Sequence record: MN850637.1
Length of the DNA stretch: 64,000 nt
Origin: Escherichia phage warpig
Direction: 5' to 3' (one strand)
Position 1 is the first letter of the stretch. The number at the start of each line of letters is the position of its first letter. The translations under genes were made by a program, and so were the position numbers. Below the pieces are notes generated by a model. That model was not told where the DNA came from, ran no database searches, and was given only the letters and a program-made list of their open reading frames with translations. Positions 43,685-62,070 of this stretch are shown here, one piece after another.

Positions 43685-44134
43685 ATGTGTTATACAGGCG
43701 ACCCAGCCAATAACCCTCTTGATAGAGTAAGAATCCTCTGCACAGACACTAATAATGATGAAATTCTTATTGAGCAGTCTGTGCTAGAGTGGTTCTATCT
43801 AGAATCTGGAAAGGATGAAAAGAAAGCAGCCATCAAAGCTCTTAAATATTTACTCTTTCAAGTAGCCAAGATGGGAGATGAGAAGGTTGGTGGTGTTTAT
43901 TTACGTAACTCTTCCAGATTCAAATCTCTGAAAGCTGTTTATGACGACCTTGTTAAAAGCTCTGTTTCAGGACTACCCTATGCAGGTGGTATTAATCAGT
44001 GTGACATTGATATGCGTCGTCAAAATCCTTGCTCTGTCAAGAAATACACAGAATATGGTGATGCTGCCAGATACGAAGGCAGAGATTACTGCAACCGTGT
44101 TAATGGCGTATTTATTATCGAGCGAGATGAATAA
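43685..44134 (+). CDS. head-tail joining/head completion protein (hypothetical)
   Basis: position. Confidence 0.35.
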   Translation: MCYTGDPANNPLDRVRILCTDTNNDEILIEQSVLEWFYLESGKDEKKAAIKALKYLLFQVAKMGDEKVGGVYLRNSSRFKSLKAVYDDLVKSSVSGLPYAGGINQCDIDMRRQNPCSVKKYTEYGDAARYEGRDYCNRVNGVFIIERDE

Positions 44135-44616
44135 TGGTTAAAAGGGTTATTCACCCCGCTAGAGCAAAATTAGTCGGGGCTATGAAGAACTTGCAAACGG
44201 CTAATGCTCAAGTTGGGTATTTTCAAGAACAAGGTCAACATAGCTCTGGTTTTTCTTATCCTGCTTTAATGTATTTACAAGAAGTTATTGGGGTTCCTTC
44301 AGCTTCTGGTAAAGTATATCGTAGGTTGTTTGAAATCACTATGATGCTAAACAAACAGACCTTGTTAGAGCAGACTAAGAAGAATCTATATAAGCAACTT
44401 AGCAGTCTCAACACAGACCCTTCAAATACCTTAGAAGCATTTGCAAAGAATGCTCAAAAGGCAATTAAAAGGGGCTTTGGTAACTCTGCTATCCTCCCTC
44501 CTAACGCACCTTCCACAGTCAAGAAAAAAGGCTTTAACGCACCTCTTGTTGAGACAGGTGACTTAAGAGATAACCTTGCTTATAAAATTTCTACTAAGAA
44601 GGGTATTAAGAAATGA
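44134..44616 (+). CDS. head-tail connector protein (hypothetical)
   Basis: position. Confidence 0.35.
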   Translation: MVKRVIHPARAKLVGAMKNLQTANAQVGYFQEQGQHSSGFSYPALMYLQEVIGVPSASGKVYRRLFEITMMLNKQTLLEQTKKNLYKQLSSLNTDPSNTLEAFAKNAQKAIKRGFGNSAILPPNAPSTVKKKGFNAPLVETGDLRDNLAYKISTKKGIKK

Positions 44617-45014
44617 GACTCTTAAACAGGCACAGCTTTGTAGTAAAGCGTAAAGTCTCTGAAGATGGTTATTATAATGATGATGGTGATTGGGTAGCTT
44701 CACAAGATATTGTAGAGGTTAACTGTAAAGGTAATATTCAGCCATATATCAAAGGTTCTGTAAAGAATGGTACACAGATTGCTTTACCGGAAGGTATCAG
44801 GCTTACCGATACAAGAATCCTGTATACCACATATAAACTTAGAACTTCAGATGATGTAGAGTGGAATGAGTCTGATATTGTTATGATTGATGGTCATGAG
44901 TATGAAGTATTTATGACTATGGATTGGTCACAGCAATTAGCCCATACATCCCATTATGAATATATCATTATTAGAAGGGATAAAATGAATGCAGTTAGAA
45001 ACAGCAGAACTTGA
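44613..45014 (+). CDS. tail completion/neck protein (hypothetical)
   Basis: position. Confidence 0.35.
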   Translation: MRLLNRHSFVVKRKVSEDGYYNDDGDWVASQDIVEVNCKGNIQPYIKGSVKNGTQIALPEGIRLTDTRILYTTYKLRTSDDVEWNESDIVMIDGHEYEVFMTMDWSQQLAHTSHYEYIIIRRDKMNAVRNSRT

Positions 45015-45588
45015 AAAAGGTCTAGTTAGAACCTTAGTGGATGTTATTGGTCACAGATTAGCTCGTGATAAAAATAATAGGCCAAACGTAATTAGAGCTT
45101 ACCCTTCTGATAACTCAAATGACAAAGGTTTAAAACCTGACCAGCCATTTATCACCGTACATTGTCAAGATGCTGCAACACCTTATGGTTGGGTTCTTGA
45201 TAAGTTTGTTGAGGATGATGTAGTTTGCTACAGAATTGCTTTTCAGATTCCAGTATTAATTACGGTAAATGGTAAAGGTGCTCACAGTATTATGCTTGAG
45301 CTTAAACAACGATTAGAGATGAGTTCAGTCAGAGATTTAATCCTTGAAGAGACAGGAGCTACAGTATTAGACACTGGAGCTATCCCGAATGACTATACTT
45401 ATCTCAATACAGATTTCGAAAATTCTGCACCTCTTGTTGTAACTCTTGTAAAAAACTCAGTCCTGAAGGATGAACGTGGAAGTATTATTGAGCGTGTCAT
45501 TGTTGATGGTGAGTTGGTTTATGAAGAAGGACAAGAGCCACCAGAATATACTATCCATCTAGATGTAGACTCCAAAGGGGTAAAATAA
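44989..45588 (+). CDS. tail completion protein (hypothetical)
   Basis: position. Confidence 0.35.
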   Translation: MQLETAELEKGLVRTLVDVIGHRLARDKNNRPNVIRAYPSDNSNDKGLKPDQPFITVHCQDAATPYGWVLDKFVEDDVVCYRIAFQIPVLITVNGKGAHSIMLELKQRLEMSSVRDLILEETGATVLDTGAIPNDYTYLNTDFENSAPLVVTLVKNSVLKDERGSIIERVIVDGELVYEEGQEPPEYTIHLDVDSKGVK

Positions 45589-46941
45589 ATGTGGAATCCA
45601 ATTGTTAATGTAGATATTACATTGAACACCGCAGGAACTACAAGAGAAGGTTTTGGTTTGCCACTATTCTTAGCTTCAACAGATAACTTTGAAGAAAGAG
45701 TGCGTGGTTACACTTCCTTAACTGAAGTTGCTGAAGATTTCGATGAGAATACTGCTGCATATAAGGCTGCTAAACAACTTTGGAGTCAGACTCCTAAAGT
45801 AACTCAGCTTTATATCGGTAGACGCGCTATGCAGTACACTGTATCAATTCCTGATGCCGTTACCGAAAGTACAGACTACTCAATTACTGTAGCTGTTGGT
45901 GGTGGAATTTCTCAACCATACCAGTACACAGCACAAGATTCAGACACTGCTGAGGTAGTGTTGCAACAGTTTAAAACACAGATTGAAGCTGACCCAACAA
46001 TCAAAGATAAGGTTTCTGTGAATGTAACTGGTAGCAATGGCTCTGCCACAATGATTATTACCAAAGCTGGTGATAATGACTTTGTGAAAGTAACAACCAC
46101 AGCACAGACTGTATATATTGCAAGTACAACTGCTGATACAGCAGCAACTGCTCTGGCAGCTATCGAAGCTTACTCTACTGACTGGTATTTCATTGCAGCA
46201 GAAGACAGAACTCAACAGTTTGTCTTAGCAATGGCTTCTGAGATTCAGGCTCGTAAGAAAATCTTCTTTACAGCTAACTCCGATGTAACAGCCCTGCAAG
46301 GTACAGAATTAGCCAGTGCAAATGATGTTCCAGCACAGCTTGCTAAGAATATGTACACTCGTACAGTTTGCTTGTGGCATCACGCAGCAGCAGAAGATTA
46401 CCCAGAGATGGCATACATTGCTTATGGTGCTCCATATGATGCAGGTTCAATTGCTTGGGGTAATGCTCAGCTAACTGGTGTAGCAGCTTCTCTACAACCA
46501 TCTAATCAGAGACCTCTGACAAGTATTCAGAAGTCTGCTTTAGATGTACGTCACTGTAACTTTATTGACCTTGATGGTGGTGTTCCAGTGGTTCGTAGAG
46601 GGATTACTTCTGGTGGGGAATGGATTGATATCGTCCGTGGTGTTGACTGGTTGGAATCAGACCTGAAAACTTCTCTGAGAGACTTGCTAATTAACCAGAA
46701 GGGTGGTAAGATTACTTATGATGATACTGGTATTACCCGTATTCGTCAAGTCATTGAAACCTCTCTGCAAAGAGCAGTCAACAGAAACTTCCTGTCATCT
46801 TACACAGTTAATGTTCCTAAAGCCTCTCAAGTTGCTTTAGCAGACAAGAAAGCTCGTATCCTGAAAGATGTTACCTTCGCAGGTATCTTAGCAGGGGCTA
46901 TCTTAGATGTTGACTTGAAAGGTACAGTGGCTTACGAATAA
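45589..46941 (+). CDS. tail sheath protein (putative)
   Basis: 450 aa immediately upstream of a 148-aa tube-like protein, chaperones and tape measure; P2/Mu-like order. Confidence 0.5.
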   Translation: MWNPIVNVDITLNTAGTTREGFGLPLFLASTDNFEERVRGYTSLTEVAEDFDENTAAYKAAKQLWSQTPKVTQLYIGRRAMQYTVSIPDAVTESTDYSITVAVGGGISQPYQYTAQDSDTAEVVLQQFKTQIEADPTIKDKVSVNVTGSNGSATMIITKAGDNDFVKVTTTAQTVYIASTTADTAATALAAIEAYSTDWYFIAAEDRTQQFVLAMASEIQARKKIFFTANSDVTALQGTELASANDVPAQLAKNMYTRTVCLWHHAAAEDYPEMAYIAYGAPYDAGSIAWGNAQLTGVAASLQPSNQRPLTSIQKSALDVRHCNFIDLDGGVPVVRRGITSGGEWIDIVRGVDWLESDLKTSLRDLLINQKGGKITYDDTGITRIRQVIETSLQRAVNRNFLSSYTVNVPKASQVALADKKARILKDVTFAGILAGAILDVDLKGTVAYE

Positions 46942-46956
46942 TAGAGGTAAATTGGA

Positions 46957-47403
46957 ATGGCTATGTATCAGCAATATTCCCCTAAAGACGTTGTATGTAG
47001 CTGGAACGGCATTGCTATTGAAGGCTTTGCTCCAGACTCATTCTTGCGTCTGCAGAGAACATCACCACTTGTGACACCAGTTGTTGGTGCAGGTGGTCAG
47101 GTTGCTCTGACACGAAATGCAGACAAGACAGGTACTATTGAGATTGAGTTAATGCAGACTTCTCTCTCTAACCAGATGCTTTCTGCAATTCAAGCTAAAC
47201 AAGACAATATGGAACTTGAAGAAGATATCTCTTCTAACTTCGTAATCTACGACCCATCAGGCTCTGTTCTGGCAACTGGTATTAACGCTTGGTTGCAGGA
47301 GTTACCACAGATTGAACTTGGTCGTGACCAGAACTCTAAAACTTGGATTTTTGGTTGTGAGAAGTTAGACTACACTTCTACAATTCCAGCGTCAAGTGTT
47401 TAA
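46957..47403 (+). CDS. tail tube protein (putative)
   Basis: 148 aa; followed by strong terminator. Confidence 0.5.
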   Translation: MAMYQQYSPKDVVCSWNGIAIEGFAPDSFLRLQRTSPLVTPVVGAGGQVALTRNADKTGTIEIELMQTSLSNQMLSAIQAKQDNMELEEDISSNFVIYDPSGSVLATGINAWLQELPQIELGRDQNSKTWIFGCEKLDYTSTIPASSV

Positions 47404-47415
47404 TAAATCCTATAA

Positions 47416-47448
47416 GGGGGAGACTTTAAAAGGTCTTCCCCTTTTTTG
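47416..47448 (+). terminator. Rho-independent terminator after tail tube gene
   Basis: GGGGGAGAC...GTCTTCCCC stem then TTTTTTGTTT. Confidence 0.6.
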
Positions 47449-47476
47449 TTTCTTTTAAAAGTATTAAGGAATCACA

Positions 47477-47875
47477 ATGAAAACAGAATCTAGAGTAATT
47501 AATGGTAAGAAAGTAAATATCGTTCTGCTTGGGGCAAGAGATGGTATTAAGATGTCTATGAAGTTGGGTAAAATTGTTGTTCCAACCTTTGCACAGATGC
47601 TATCAAGTCTGACTGACAAGGGTAAGAAAGAAGCTCCAATGGTTCCATTTAAAGAACTTGTTGAAGCTTGTTTTGACAGAATTGAAGAAATTAACCTTGA
47701 AGAGATGGCAACCCTGTTATTTCAAGGGGCAACTGTTGATGACTTCCCACTTAATATTGATACGTACTTCCAAGCAAACTACGGTGAATTTATTGATTAC
47801 TTAGCATTTGCGCTGGAGGCAAACTTCGGAAGTTTTTTCGAAGCAAGCATTTTCAAAAGCCTAACTTCTCAGTAA
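47477..47875 (+). CDS. tail assembly chaperone (putative)
   Basis: 132 aa before tape measure. Confidence 0.45.
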   Translation: MKTESRVINGKKVNIVLLGARDGIKMSMKLGKIVVPTFAQMLSSLTDKGKKEAPMVPFKELVEACFDRIEEINLEEMATLLFQGATVDDFPLNIDTYFQANYGEFIDYLAFALEANFGSFFEASIFKSLTSQ

Positions 47876-47877
47876 AC

Positions 47878-48116
47878 ATGGGTAACACTCTACAGACACC
47901 ACTAACTGATGCTGCTGTAGAGGCAACCTATGAAGAAGCAGACGAGATGAAATTTGTGCTTGCTATTTATGGTATGGAAGGGTGTAAAGAAACACTTGAC
48001 CAACTCTTTGCTATGACATTCTCTGATTTATTATCATTGAGACAATTTCTTGAAATTCAGAGGTCGTATAAAGAGGAAATTGCTTACAACGAACTTAGAA
48101 GAGCAGGAAAAATGTA

Positions 48117-48117
<1 letters not shown>
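47878..48117 (+). CDS. tail assembly chaperone (putative)
   Basis: 79 aa. Confidence 0.4.
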
Positions 48118-56133
<8,016 letters not shown>

Positions 56134-56135
56134 TA

Positions 56136-57284
56136 ATGGCAGTAGGTGAAATTCAAATTAGTGCCTTGCCTCAAGCAGCCTTACCAATTGACCTTAGTGA
56201 TATCTTCCATCTTAAACAGGGTATCGAGGATAAGAGATGTACTCTTGAGCAATTACTTGCTCCACACTCAAGCCTAAGAAATAACCCACATGGTGTTACT
56301 AAGACACAAATTGGTTTAGATAACGTTATTAATGCTCTCCAGTTAGTCGCTGAAAATAACTTATCAGACATTGTTAATGTAGCTGAGGCAAGAGCAAATC
56401 TACAGATTATGTCTTCAGAAGAGGTTAATAATCTTATTCAACAACATATTGATGATAAGAGCAACCCACACAACACCACTAAGGCACAGGTTGGATTAAG
56501 TAATGTTCAGAACTGGGTGACATCTAACCTGTATAATGAGGATGCAGATAAGTATGCTACAGCAAGAGCAGTAAATAACTTGTACAAGGCTGTTCAGGCT
56601 TCTTATCCAGTAGGTACTATCCATCTCTCTATGAATCCTGCAAACCCTTCTACGTATTTAATTTGTGGAGGTACTTGGGAGTTAGTTTCAAAAGGAAGAG
56701 CACTTGTAGGTTATGATAGTGCTTCTAGGCCAGTTGGCTCAACGTTTGGTTCGCAGACTACTGCACTGACAGTTAACAACATTCCTGCACATACTCACTC
56801 AGTATACGTTACTGGTGGTGGTCACACACACGGTGCAACGGCCTCTATCAGTGCTTTTGACTACGGTACTAAAGGGACTACAACGTTTGACTATGGAACA
56901 AAGACTGTATCTACTTATGACTATGGTAACAGAACAACCAGTGCTGCTGGTTTAACACAAACAACATTCATTAATCGTGGTTATGCTGATGGTGGTTGGA
57001 GAGGTTTATCAGTTGAGGGGGCAAGCTATGACCCAAGAGCTACGCTGACAACAGCTAACAACCACACTCACTCTGTAGCAATTGGTGCGCATAATCACAC
57101 AGTTGGGATTGGTGCTCACAGCCATTCTGTTGCAATTGGTTCCCACAACCACTCAGCAACAGTAACAGTAACCGGAGCAGGTGAGCATTCGCACTCTGGC
57201 ACAACTGGCACAACTGGTTCTGGTCAAGCATTTAGCGTTGAACAGCCATCCTTCGTATTGTATGTATGGCAGAGAACAGCTTAA
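56136..57284 (+). CDS. tail fibre protein with His-rich (HxH) C-terminal module
   Basis: 382 aa; C-terminus ...HTHSVAIGAHNHTVGIGAHSHSVAIGSHNHSA... Confidence 0.6.
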   Translation: MAVGEIQISALPQAALPIDLSDIFHLKQGIEDKRCTLEQLLAPHSSLRNNPHGVTKTQIGLDNVINALQLVAENNLSDIVNVAEARANLQIMSSEEVNNLIQQHIDDKSNPHNTTKAQVGLSNVQNWVTSNLYNEDADKYATARAVNNLYKAVQASYPVGTIHLSMNPANPSTYLICGGTWELVSKGRALVGYDSASRPVGSTFGSQTTALTVNNIPAHTHSVYVTGGGHTHGATASISAFDYGTKGTTTFDYGTKTVSTYDYGNRTTSAAGLTQTTFINRGYADGGWRGLSVEGASYDPRATLTTANNHTHSVAIGAHNHTVGIGAHSHSVAIGSHNHSATVTVTGAGEHSHSGTTGTTGSGQAFSVEQPSFVLYVWQRTA

Positions 57285-57294
57285 TTTCTTTACA

Positions 57295-57315
57295 GGGGCT
57301 GTATAGCCCCTTTTA
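57295..57315 (+). terminator. hairpin GGGGCT-GTAT-AGCCCC followed by TTTT
   Basis: read directly. Confidence 0.45.
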
Positions 57316-57330
57316 AGAGGAAAATTTATA

Positions 57331-59682
57331 ATGGCAGATTACAAGTTGAGTGAATTAAACTCAATTGATACAATTCGTTCAGACGACCTTCTTCATGTCA
57401 GGGTTAAAAAGAGACCTGAAATGTTGGGCGATGAAGACCGTCGAATGACCTATCAAGACTTCTTAGCATCTTTTAAACTAGAAAGGTTTGTCCAGATTGC
57501 TGGTAGCACTATGACGGGTGACTTAGGAATTGTCAAGTTACTTTATGGTGGTAAGGCAGTGTTTGACCCTACAGGCTCTTCTGAGATTACTATGGGGGAT
57601 GTTTTAAAGGCTTTTAAAATCAATGCAAATGGTCTTAAACTAACTATTGCAGATGCTTCAAGGTCTGCAACCGTTTATCATACTCTGAATAAGCCAAGCC
57701 CTAATGAACTTGGGATGAGAACTAATGAAGAGAATGATGCAAGATATGCAAGGTTGGCTGTAACAAACACATTCTCTAGAAATCAGAACATTCAAAGTGA
57801 TGGTAATGCACTTCGCCTTAGAAACCAGATTGCAAATAATGCACAATACATTGAGGGTGTAAACCTAGATGGTTCAGCTAGATGGTGGGTTGGTATTGGT
57901 AGCAATGGCGAGGATGCAGTAAGCCTGTATAACAGCAAATACAACTCAGCAGTGATTGTTGCAAGCAATATCTCTGTTAATAAGTCTTTAGCAATCACTG
58001 GTCAAGTTCAGCCTTCTGACTTCTCTAACTTAGATGCTAGATACTTTACTCAGACAGCAGCTAATCAGAGATTTGCGCAGTTAGTTGGTAATAATACCTT
58101 CAGTGGTTTAAACACATTCAGTAATAATGTTAATGTGAACTCTGATGGTGCTGCTATCATTCTAAAAAATAAAACGGCCAATGATACTCTGTTCATCCTA
58201 GCAAGAGACAGTGAAAACAATAATTTGTGGTATATTGGTAAAGGTGATGTAACCTCTAATATCACGATTTATGATTATAATGGTGACACTTCTATTAAAT
58301 TAAACGCGTCTGGTGTAACATTTAATAAGGGTGTAAAAATCACTGGTCAAGTACAACCTTCTGATTGGACTAACATTGACTCTCGTTATGTTCTTATTGG
58401 TTCATACGCAAATCTTGCTAAGAAGAATGAAGCTAACACATTCACTTTACAGCAGAATATTCAATCTGATGGTGAAGCATTAAGAATCTACAGCAAGGCT
58501 CAGAATAATTCTTCTTACATTGTTGGTAAGAATACTGATAACACAAATAAGTGGTTTATCGGTTGTGGTACTAATGGTTCTGGTACGGCATCATTCCATA
58601 ACTACTTGACTGGTGCAAGACTCGATTTAGCTGACGAAATTCTTCTGTCTAAATCTCTACAGATTACTGGACAGGTAAAACCTTCTGATTGGTCTAACTT
58701 AGATGCTAGATACTTCACTCAGTCAGCAGCTAATCAGAGATTCATGGTTGCAGGTTCTACAGGAGAAGCTACAGAGCAGAATGCAGATGGTGTGGCATGG
58801 AACGCTAAAACAGGCTTATATAATGTAACATCACCAAATGGTGATTACACATCACTTGTATTTCAAATGTATCAGGGAGTGTCCTCTTCTACTGCCTGTG
58901 CGCAACTAAAGTTCCAGTATAAAAATGGTGGGATGTGGTACAGAACATCTGTAGACAGTAAAGGTTTTGAGGCTAAGTGGTCTAAGGTTTACACAGAGGC
59001 TCAGAAACCAACCCCTTCAGAGCTTGGTGCATACACTAAAGCTGAAACTAACCAGAAGATTGCACAGGCAGTAAGTGACTCTACAGACCTTAACAAAATC
59101 TATCCAGTGGGTATTGTGACGTGGTTTAACAGTAATGTTAACCCTAATACAGCACTGCCTGGTCTAACTTGGACGTATCTGAACAATGGTGTTGGTAGAA
59201 CTATCAGAATTGCAGCAGCAAACGGTTCAGATGTTGCTACAACTGGTGGTTCAGACTCTGTGACGTTAGCTGTTGGGAACTTGCCTTCACACACTCACAG
59301 TTTTTATGCGACTACCTCATCGTTTGACTACGGAACAAAAAACACTAACACGACTGGTGCTCACACCCACTCTGTGAGTGGTTCTACTTCATCTGCTGGT
59401 CACCACAACCACGCTATCTCGTGGATTGGTCAGAACTCTACACACTATTCTGGTGGTGGTGGTGGTAGAATCGGTACAGGTCCGGGTTACACTGATGGGG
59501 GTGGTGACCACACCCACTCTGTAAGTGGTACTGCTACTTCTGCTGGTGACCATGCTCACAGTGTTGGTATTGGTGCTCACAGTCATACAGTTAGTGGTAA
59601 CACTGGTGGTACAGGTTCTGGTTCAGCATTTAGTGTTACTAACCAGTTCTATAAGTTAATGGCTTGGGTGAGAACTGCTTAA
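57331..59682 (+). CDS. long tail fibre protein with repeated segments and His-rich (HxH) C-terminal module
   Basis: 783 aa; internal repeats (ITGQVQPSDxxNxDxRY); C-terminus ...GDHTHSVSG...GDHAHSVGIGAHSHTVSG... Confidence 0.6.
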   Translation: MADYKLSELNSIDTIRSDDLLHVRVKKRPEMLGDEDRRMTYQDFLASFKLERFVQIAGSTMTGDLGIVKLLYGGKAVFDPTGSSEITMGDVLKAFKINANGLKLTIADASRSATVYHTLNKPSPNELGMRTNEENDARYARLAVTNTFSRNQNIQSDGNALRLRNQIANNAQYIEGVNLDGSARWWVGIGSNGEDAVSLYNSKYNSAVIVASNISVNKSLAITGQVQPSDFSNLDARYFTQTAANQRFAQLVGNNTFSGLNTFSNNVNVNSDGAAIILKNKTANDTLFILARDSENNNLWYIGKGDVTSNITIYDYNGDTSIKLNASGVTFNKGVKITGQVQPSDWTNIDSRYVLIGSYANLAKKNEANTFTLQQNIQSDGEALRIYSKAQNNSSYIVGKNTDNTNKWFIGCGTNGSGTASFHNYLTGARLDLADEILLSKSLQITGQVKPSDWSNLDARYFTQSAANQRFMVAGSTGEATEQNADGVAWNAKTGLYNVTSPNGDYTSLVFQMYQGVSSSTACAQLKFQYKNGGMWYRTSVDSKGFEAKWSKVYTEAQKPTPSELGAYTKAETNQKIAQAVSDSTDLNKIYPVGIVTWFNSNVNPNTALPGLTWTYLNNGVGRTIRIAAANGSDVATTGGSDSVTLAVGNLPSHTHSFYATTSSFDYGTKNTNTTGAHTHSVSGSTSSAGHHNHAISWIGQNSTHYSGGGGGRIGTGPGYTDGGGDHTHSVSGTATSAGDHAHSVGIGAHSHTVSGNTGGTGSGSAFSVTNQFYKLMAWVRTA

Positions 59683-59689
59683 TCCCTTG

Positions 59690-59718
59690 TTGACTGATTG
59701 TTAAGATGGTGTTAATAT
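59690..59718 (+). promoter_or_regulatory. sigma70-like promoter TTGACT-N17-TAATAT
   Basis: -35 59690-59695, -10 59713-59718. Confidence 0.45.
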
Positions 59719-59761
59719 TCTTTATGGGTATTCTCACCATCTTGGCTGATGAGGTGATTAA

Positions 59762-59956
59762 ATGCCTACAATCCTAGCAATTCTTCTAAAAAATCTAGGT
59801 AGTTTCTTCTGGAAACTCATTTTATCCCTTCTGAGTGAATACATGATTGAGAAAGTGTTCTTTAGGCTTGCAAGATATCTTGCGAGTAAAACAGACACAC
59901 CTATCGATGATGAGTTCGTAGACAACTTAGAAAAAGCTTTTAAGGGGGAGAAATAA
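59762..59956 (+). CDS. small membrane protein (holin-like candidate)
   Basis: 64 aa; hydrophobic N-terminal half, charged C-terminus; follows tail fibre genes. Confidence 0.3.
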   Translation: MPTILAILLKNLGSFFWKLILSLLSEYMIEKVFFRLARYLASKTDTPIDDEFVDNLEKAFKGEK

Positions 59957-60328
59957 ATGAAGTGGCTAGAGGAAGCTTTTAAAAACAATATTGGTGCAAT
60001 TGTTGTTGGTATTTTTAGTGTTATTGGGATGTATACCACCATGCAAGTTTCAAGTGGTAAGCAAGAAGTGTCTATCACAACAAAGTTACAGCAGCTAGAT
60101 AATTATTCCAAAAGTAATTATTCAGCTATTCGTGATTTACAGTCTGATATGAGGCTGCTTCAGCTAGGGATGGAGAACCAGAAAGTCCAGTTAGAGAATG
60201 TTAAGGGAGAGAATGCAAAGCTTACTAAGACTCTTGATAAATTCTCTGATAGTGTTAACAATCTGGCTCAATCAGTATCAGCCCTCCAAGCTATTACTGA
60301 AAAGAACACAAAGAATACTGAAAAATAA
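59957..60328 (+). CDS. membrane-anchored coiled-coil protein
   Basis: 123 aa; TM IGAIVVGIFSVIGMY then heptad-rich region. Confidence 0.35.
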   Translation: MKWLEEAFKNNIGAIVVGIFSVIGMYTTMQVSSGKQEVSITTKLQQLDNYSKSNYSAIRDLQSDMRLLQLGMENQKVQLENVKGENAKLTKTLDKFSDSVNNLAQSVSALQAITEKNTKNTEK

Positions 60329-60336
60329 AATTTTAA

Positions 60337-60362
60337 GGCTCCTTTTTACGGGAGCCTTTTTT
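60337..60362. terminator. bidirectional Rho-independent terminator between convergent genes
   Basis: GGCTCC..GGAGCC hairpin flanked by A-run upstream and T-run downstream. Confidence 0.6.
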
Positions 60363-60366
60363 GTTT

Positions 60367-61266
60367 CTACTTACCTACTGACAAAGGTGCTTCAATCTTT
60401 CCTGCATGTTGGTAGTTACTAATTCCACCGATAAAGTCACTTGCAGTAAGATGTTTCAGGTCACTTAAAGTATTAAGTTGTAGACCAATCTCAAAAGTTG
60501 GTGCATGGAACTCTTCATTGTTCATCAGTTCATAAACCTGCTTCATATGATTCTGATAAATCTGAGTATCTCCAAAGACACCTATCAAGTACCGTGGAGT
60601 GTATCCAGTCATCTTACAAAGAACTTCCAGAATAAAACCATAGGATGCAATGTTAAATGGAAGTCCTAAAAAGGTGTCTACAGAACGTTGATACCATTGT
60701 AAGTCAACTTCACCTTCGTTAGTGATATAAATCTGAAACAGGACATGACAAGGTGCTAAAGCCATTGAGTTTGCTGCAATATCTGCTGCATTCCAAGCAT
60801 TAACAAGCATGTAGCGGTCTGTGATATCACCCTTCATCTTCGTTACTAAGGTATCTAATTGGTCTACAACACAACCATTATGACCTTCAAAGTTTCTCCA
60901 CTGAACCCCGTAGATTCTCCCACCTGCATCTTCTAACCAATCCTGTTCAGAGGAATAGTTAGAGCTTAACCAACGTTTAAAATCATCTGACCAGATAGTC
61001 CAGCGTTCCCCATCATTTTCACCCCAAGTACGGTAACGGAGTTCGCCAAGTTTATTCTCACCATTCAGGAACCATAAAGCTTCCCCAATAACTTGCCGTG
61101 TAAACACCTGTTTAGATGTTAAGAGCGGGAAACCAGTTCGCATATCAAAACGAAACTTAGGTGGAGCAAATGCAGAGATAACATCTCCAGTTCGTGTAGT
61201 ACGCAGTTCACCAACTGATAAAACATGGTTCAGGATATTTTTGTAGCTTGTATCTGCTTGTGACAT
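60367..61266 (-). CDS. thyA: thymidylate synthase
   Basis: 299 aa; ThyA-like blocks ...TRTGDVISAFAP..., ...ALAPCHVLFQIY..., ...DTFLGLPFNIASYG... Confidence 0.8.
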   Translation of the reverse strand: MSQADTSYKNILNHVLSVGELRTTRTGDVISAFAPPKFRFDMRTGFPLLTSKQVFTRQVIGEALWFLNGENKLGELRYRTWGENDGERWTIWSDDFKRWLSSNYSSEQDWLEDAGGRIYGVQWRNFEGHNGCVVDQLDTLVTKMKGDITDRYMLVNAWNAADIAANSMALAPCHVLFQIYITNEGEVDLQWYQRSVDTFLGLPFNIASYGFILEVLCKMTGYTPRYLIGVFGDTQIYQNHMKQVYELMNNEEFHAPTFEIGLQLNTLSDLKHLTASDFIGGISNYQHAGKIEAPLSVGK

Positions 61267-61267
61267 A

Positions 61268-61813
61268 TTAAAAGTGCCCTTTTACTTGTGGAACATAAAT
61301 TTCAAAGGTTGCTTTACCATCATCTGAGGGTCTTGACTGCACCTTTGCAAATACACGGTTATCATACAGTTTATCGAAGAAGTTTTCAAAAGGTAAATAC
61401 ACAGCGGCCTCTTCAGTGACTTTATGGAAAACTGTATGGAAAACTACACCAGCATACGGCAAAGCATCGACAAGAACACCTGCACCACCAATTACAAAGA
61501 CATCTTCATCAATAGAGCTATCAAGATACTTCAAAAATGCTCCAAATGACTCTTTACTGGCTTTAGCATACATTACATCATCTTTGCCAAAGTCTATGCC
61601 TAAGTATGGTACAGAATTTGTTAAGATGAGGTTTGCACGTTCTGGTAAAGGTTTACTACCCAGAGTCTTAAAAGTCTCATTACCCATGACTACTAAGTTA
61701 TTTTTAGTGAGTCTCTTAAACTCTTGCATGTCCTGTTTATGTCGAGGCCACGGCATACCAGTTGGAGTACCAAACTCACCATTTTCACCACTTGCAAAGA
61801 TTAATTTAATCAT
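61268..61813 (-). CDS. frd: dihydrofolate reductase
   Basis: 181 aa; MIKLIFASGENGEFGTPTGMPWPRHKQDMQEFKRLT...; adjacent to thyA. Confidence 0.7.
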   Translation of the reverse strand: MIKLIFASGENGEFGTPTGMPWPRHKQDMQEFKRLTKNNLVVMGNETFKTLGSKPLPERANLILTNSVPYLGIDFGKDDVMYAKASKESFGAFLKYLDSSIDEDVFVIGGAGVLVDALPYAGVVFHTVFHKVTEEAAVYLPFENFFDKLYDNRVFAKVQSRPSDDGKATFEIYVPQVKGHF

Positions 61814-62070
61814 TTTGTAAATCCTTTCTTAATAAACCAGTTGATAACATTCTTCACAGCTTTATTGCTATGGTAGATTAAGTGTGGTGTAGGTTGGTAT
61901 GAACCATAAGCCCAGAAAGCAATGATTTCATTACATCCTGTACACCTTGTACTCTCTTCAGCAATATGACCGTTGACTATTTCACTTACCTCACCTTGTA
62001 AGTCTGTACACCCACAATGTGGACATCGGATAGGTGTTCCATCAGACTCATAGCAGTGTTCAATTTTCAT
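61810..62070 (-). CDS. small zinc-ribbon protein (hypothetical)
   Basis: 86 aa; CPHCGC...CTGC. Confidence 0.4.
   Translation of the reverse strand: MKIEHCYESDGTPIRCPHCGCTDLQGEVSEIVNGHIAEESTRCTGCNEIIAFWAYGSYQPTPHLIYHSNKAVKNVINWFIKKGFTK

Noticed and set aside
60367-61266. Group I intron in thyA, as found in T4 td
   Set aside because: The thyA reading frame is continuous (299 aa) with conserved blocks in order; no interruption seen.
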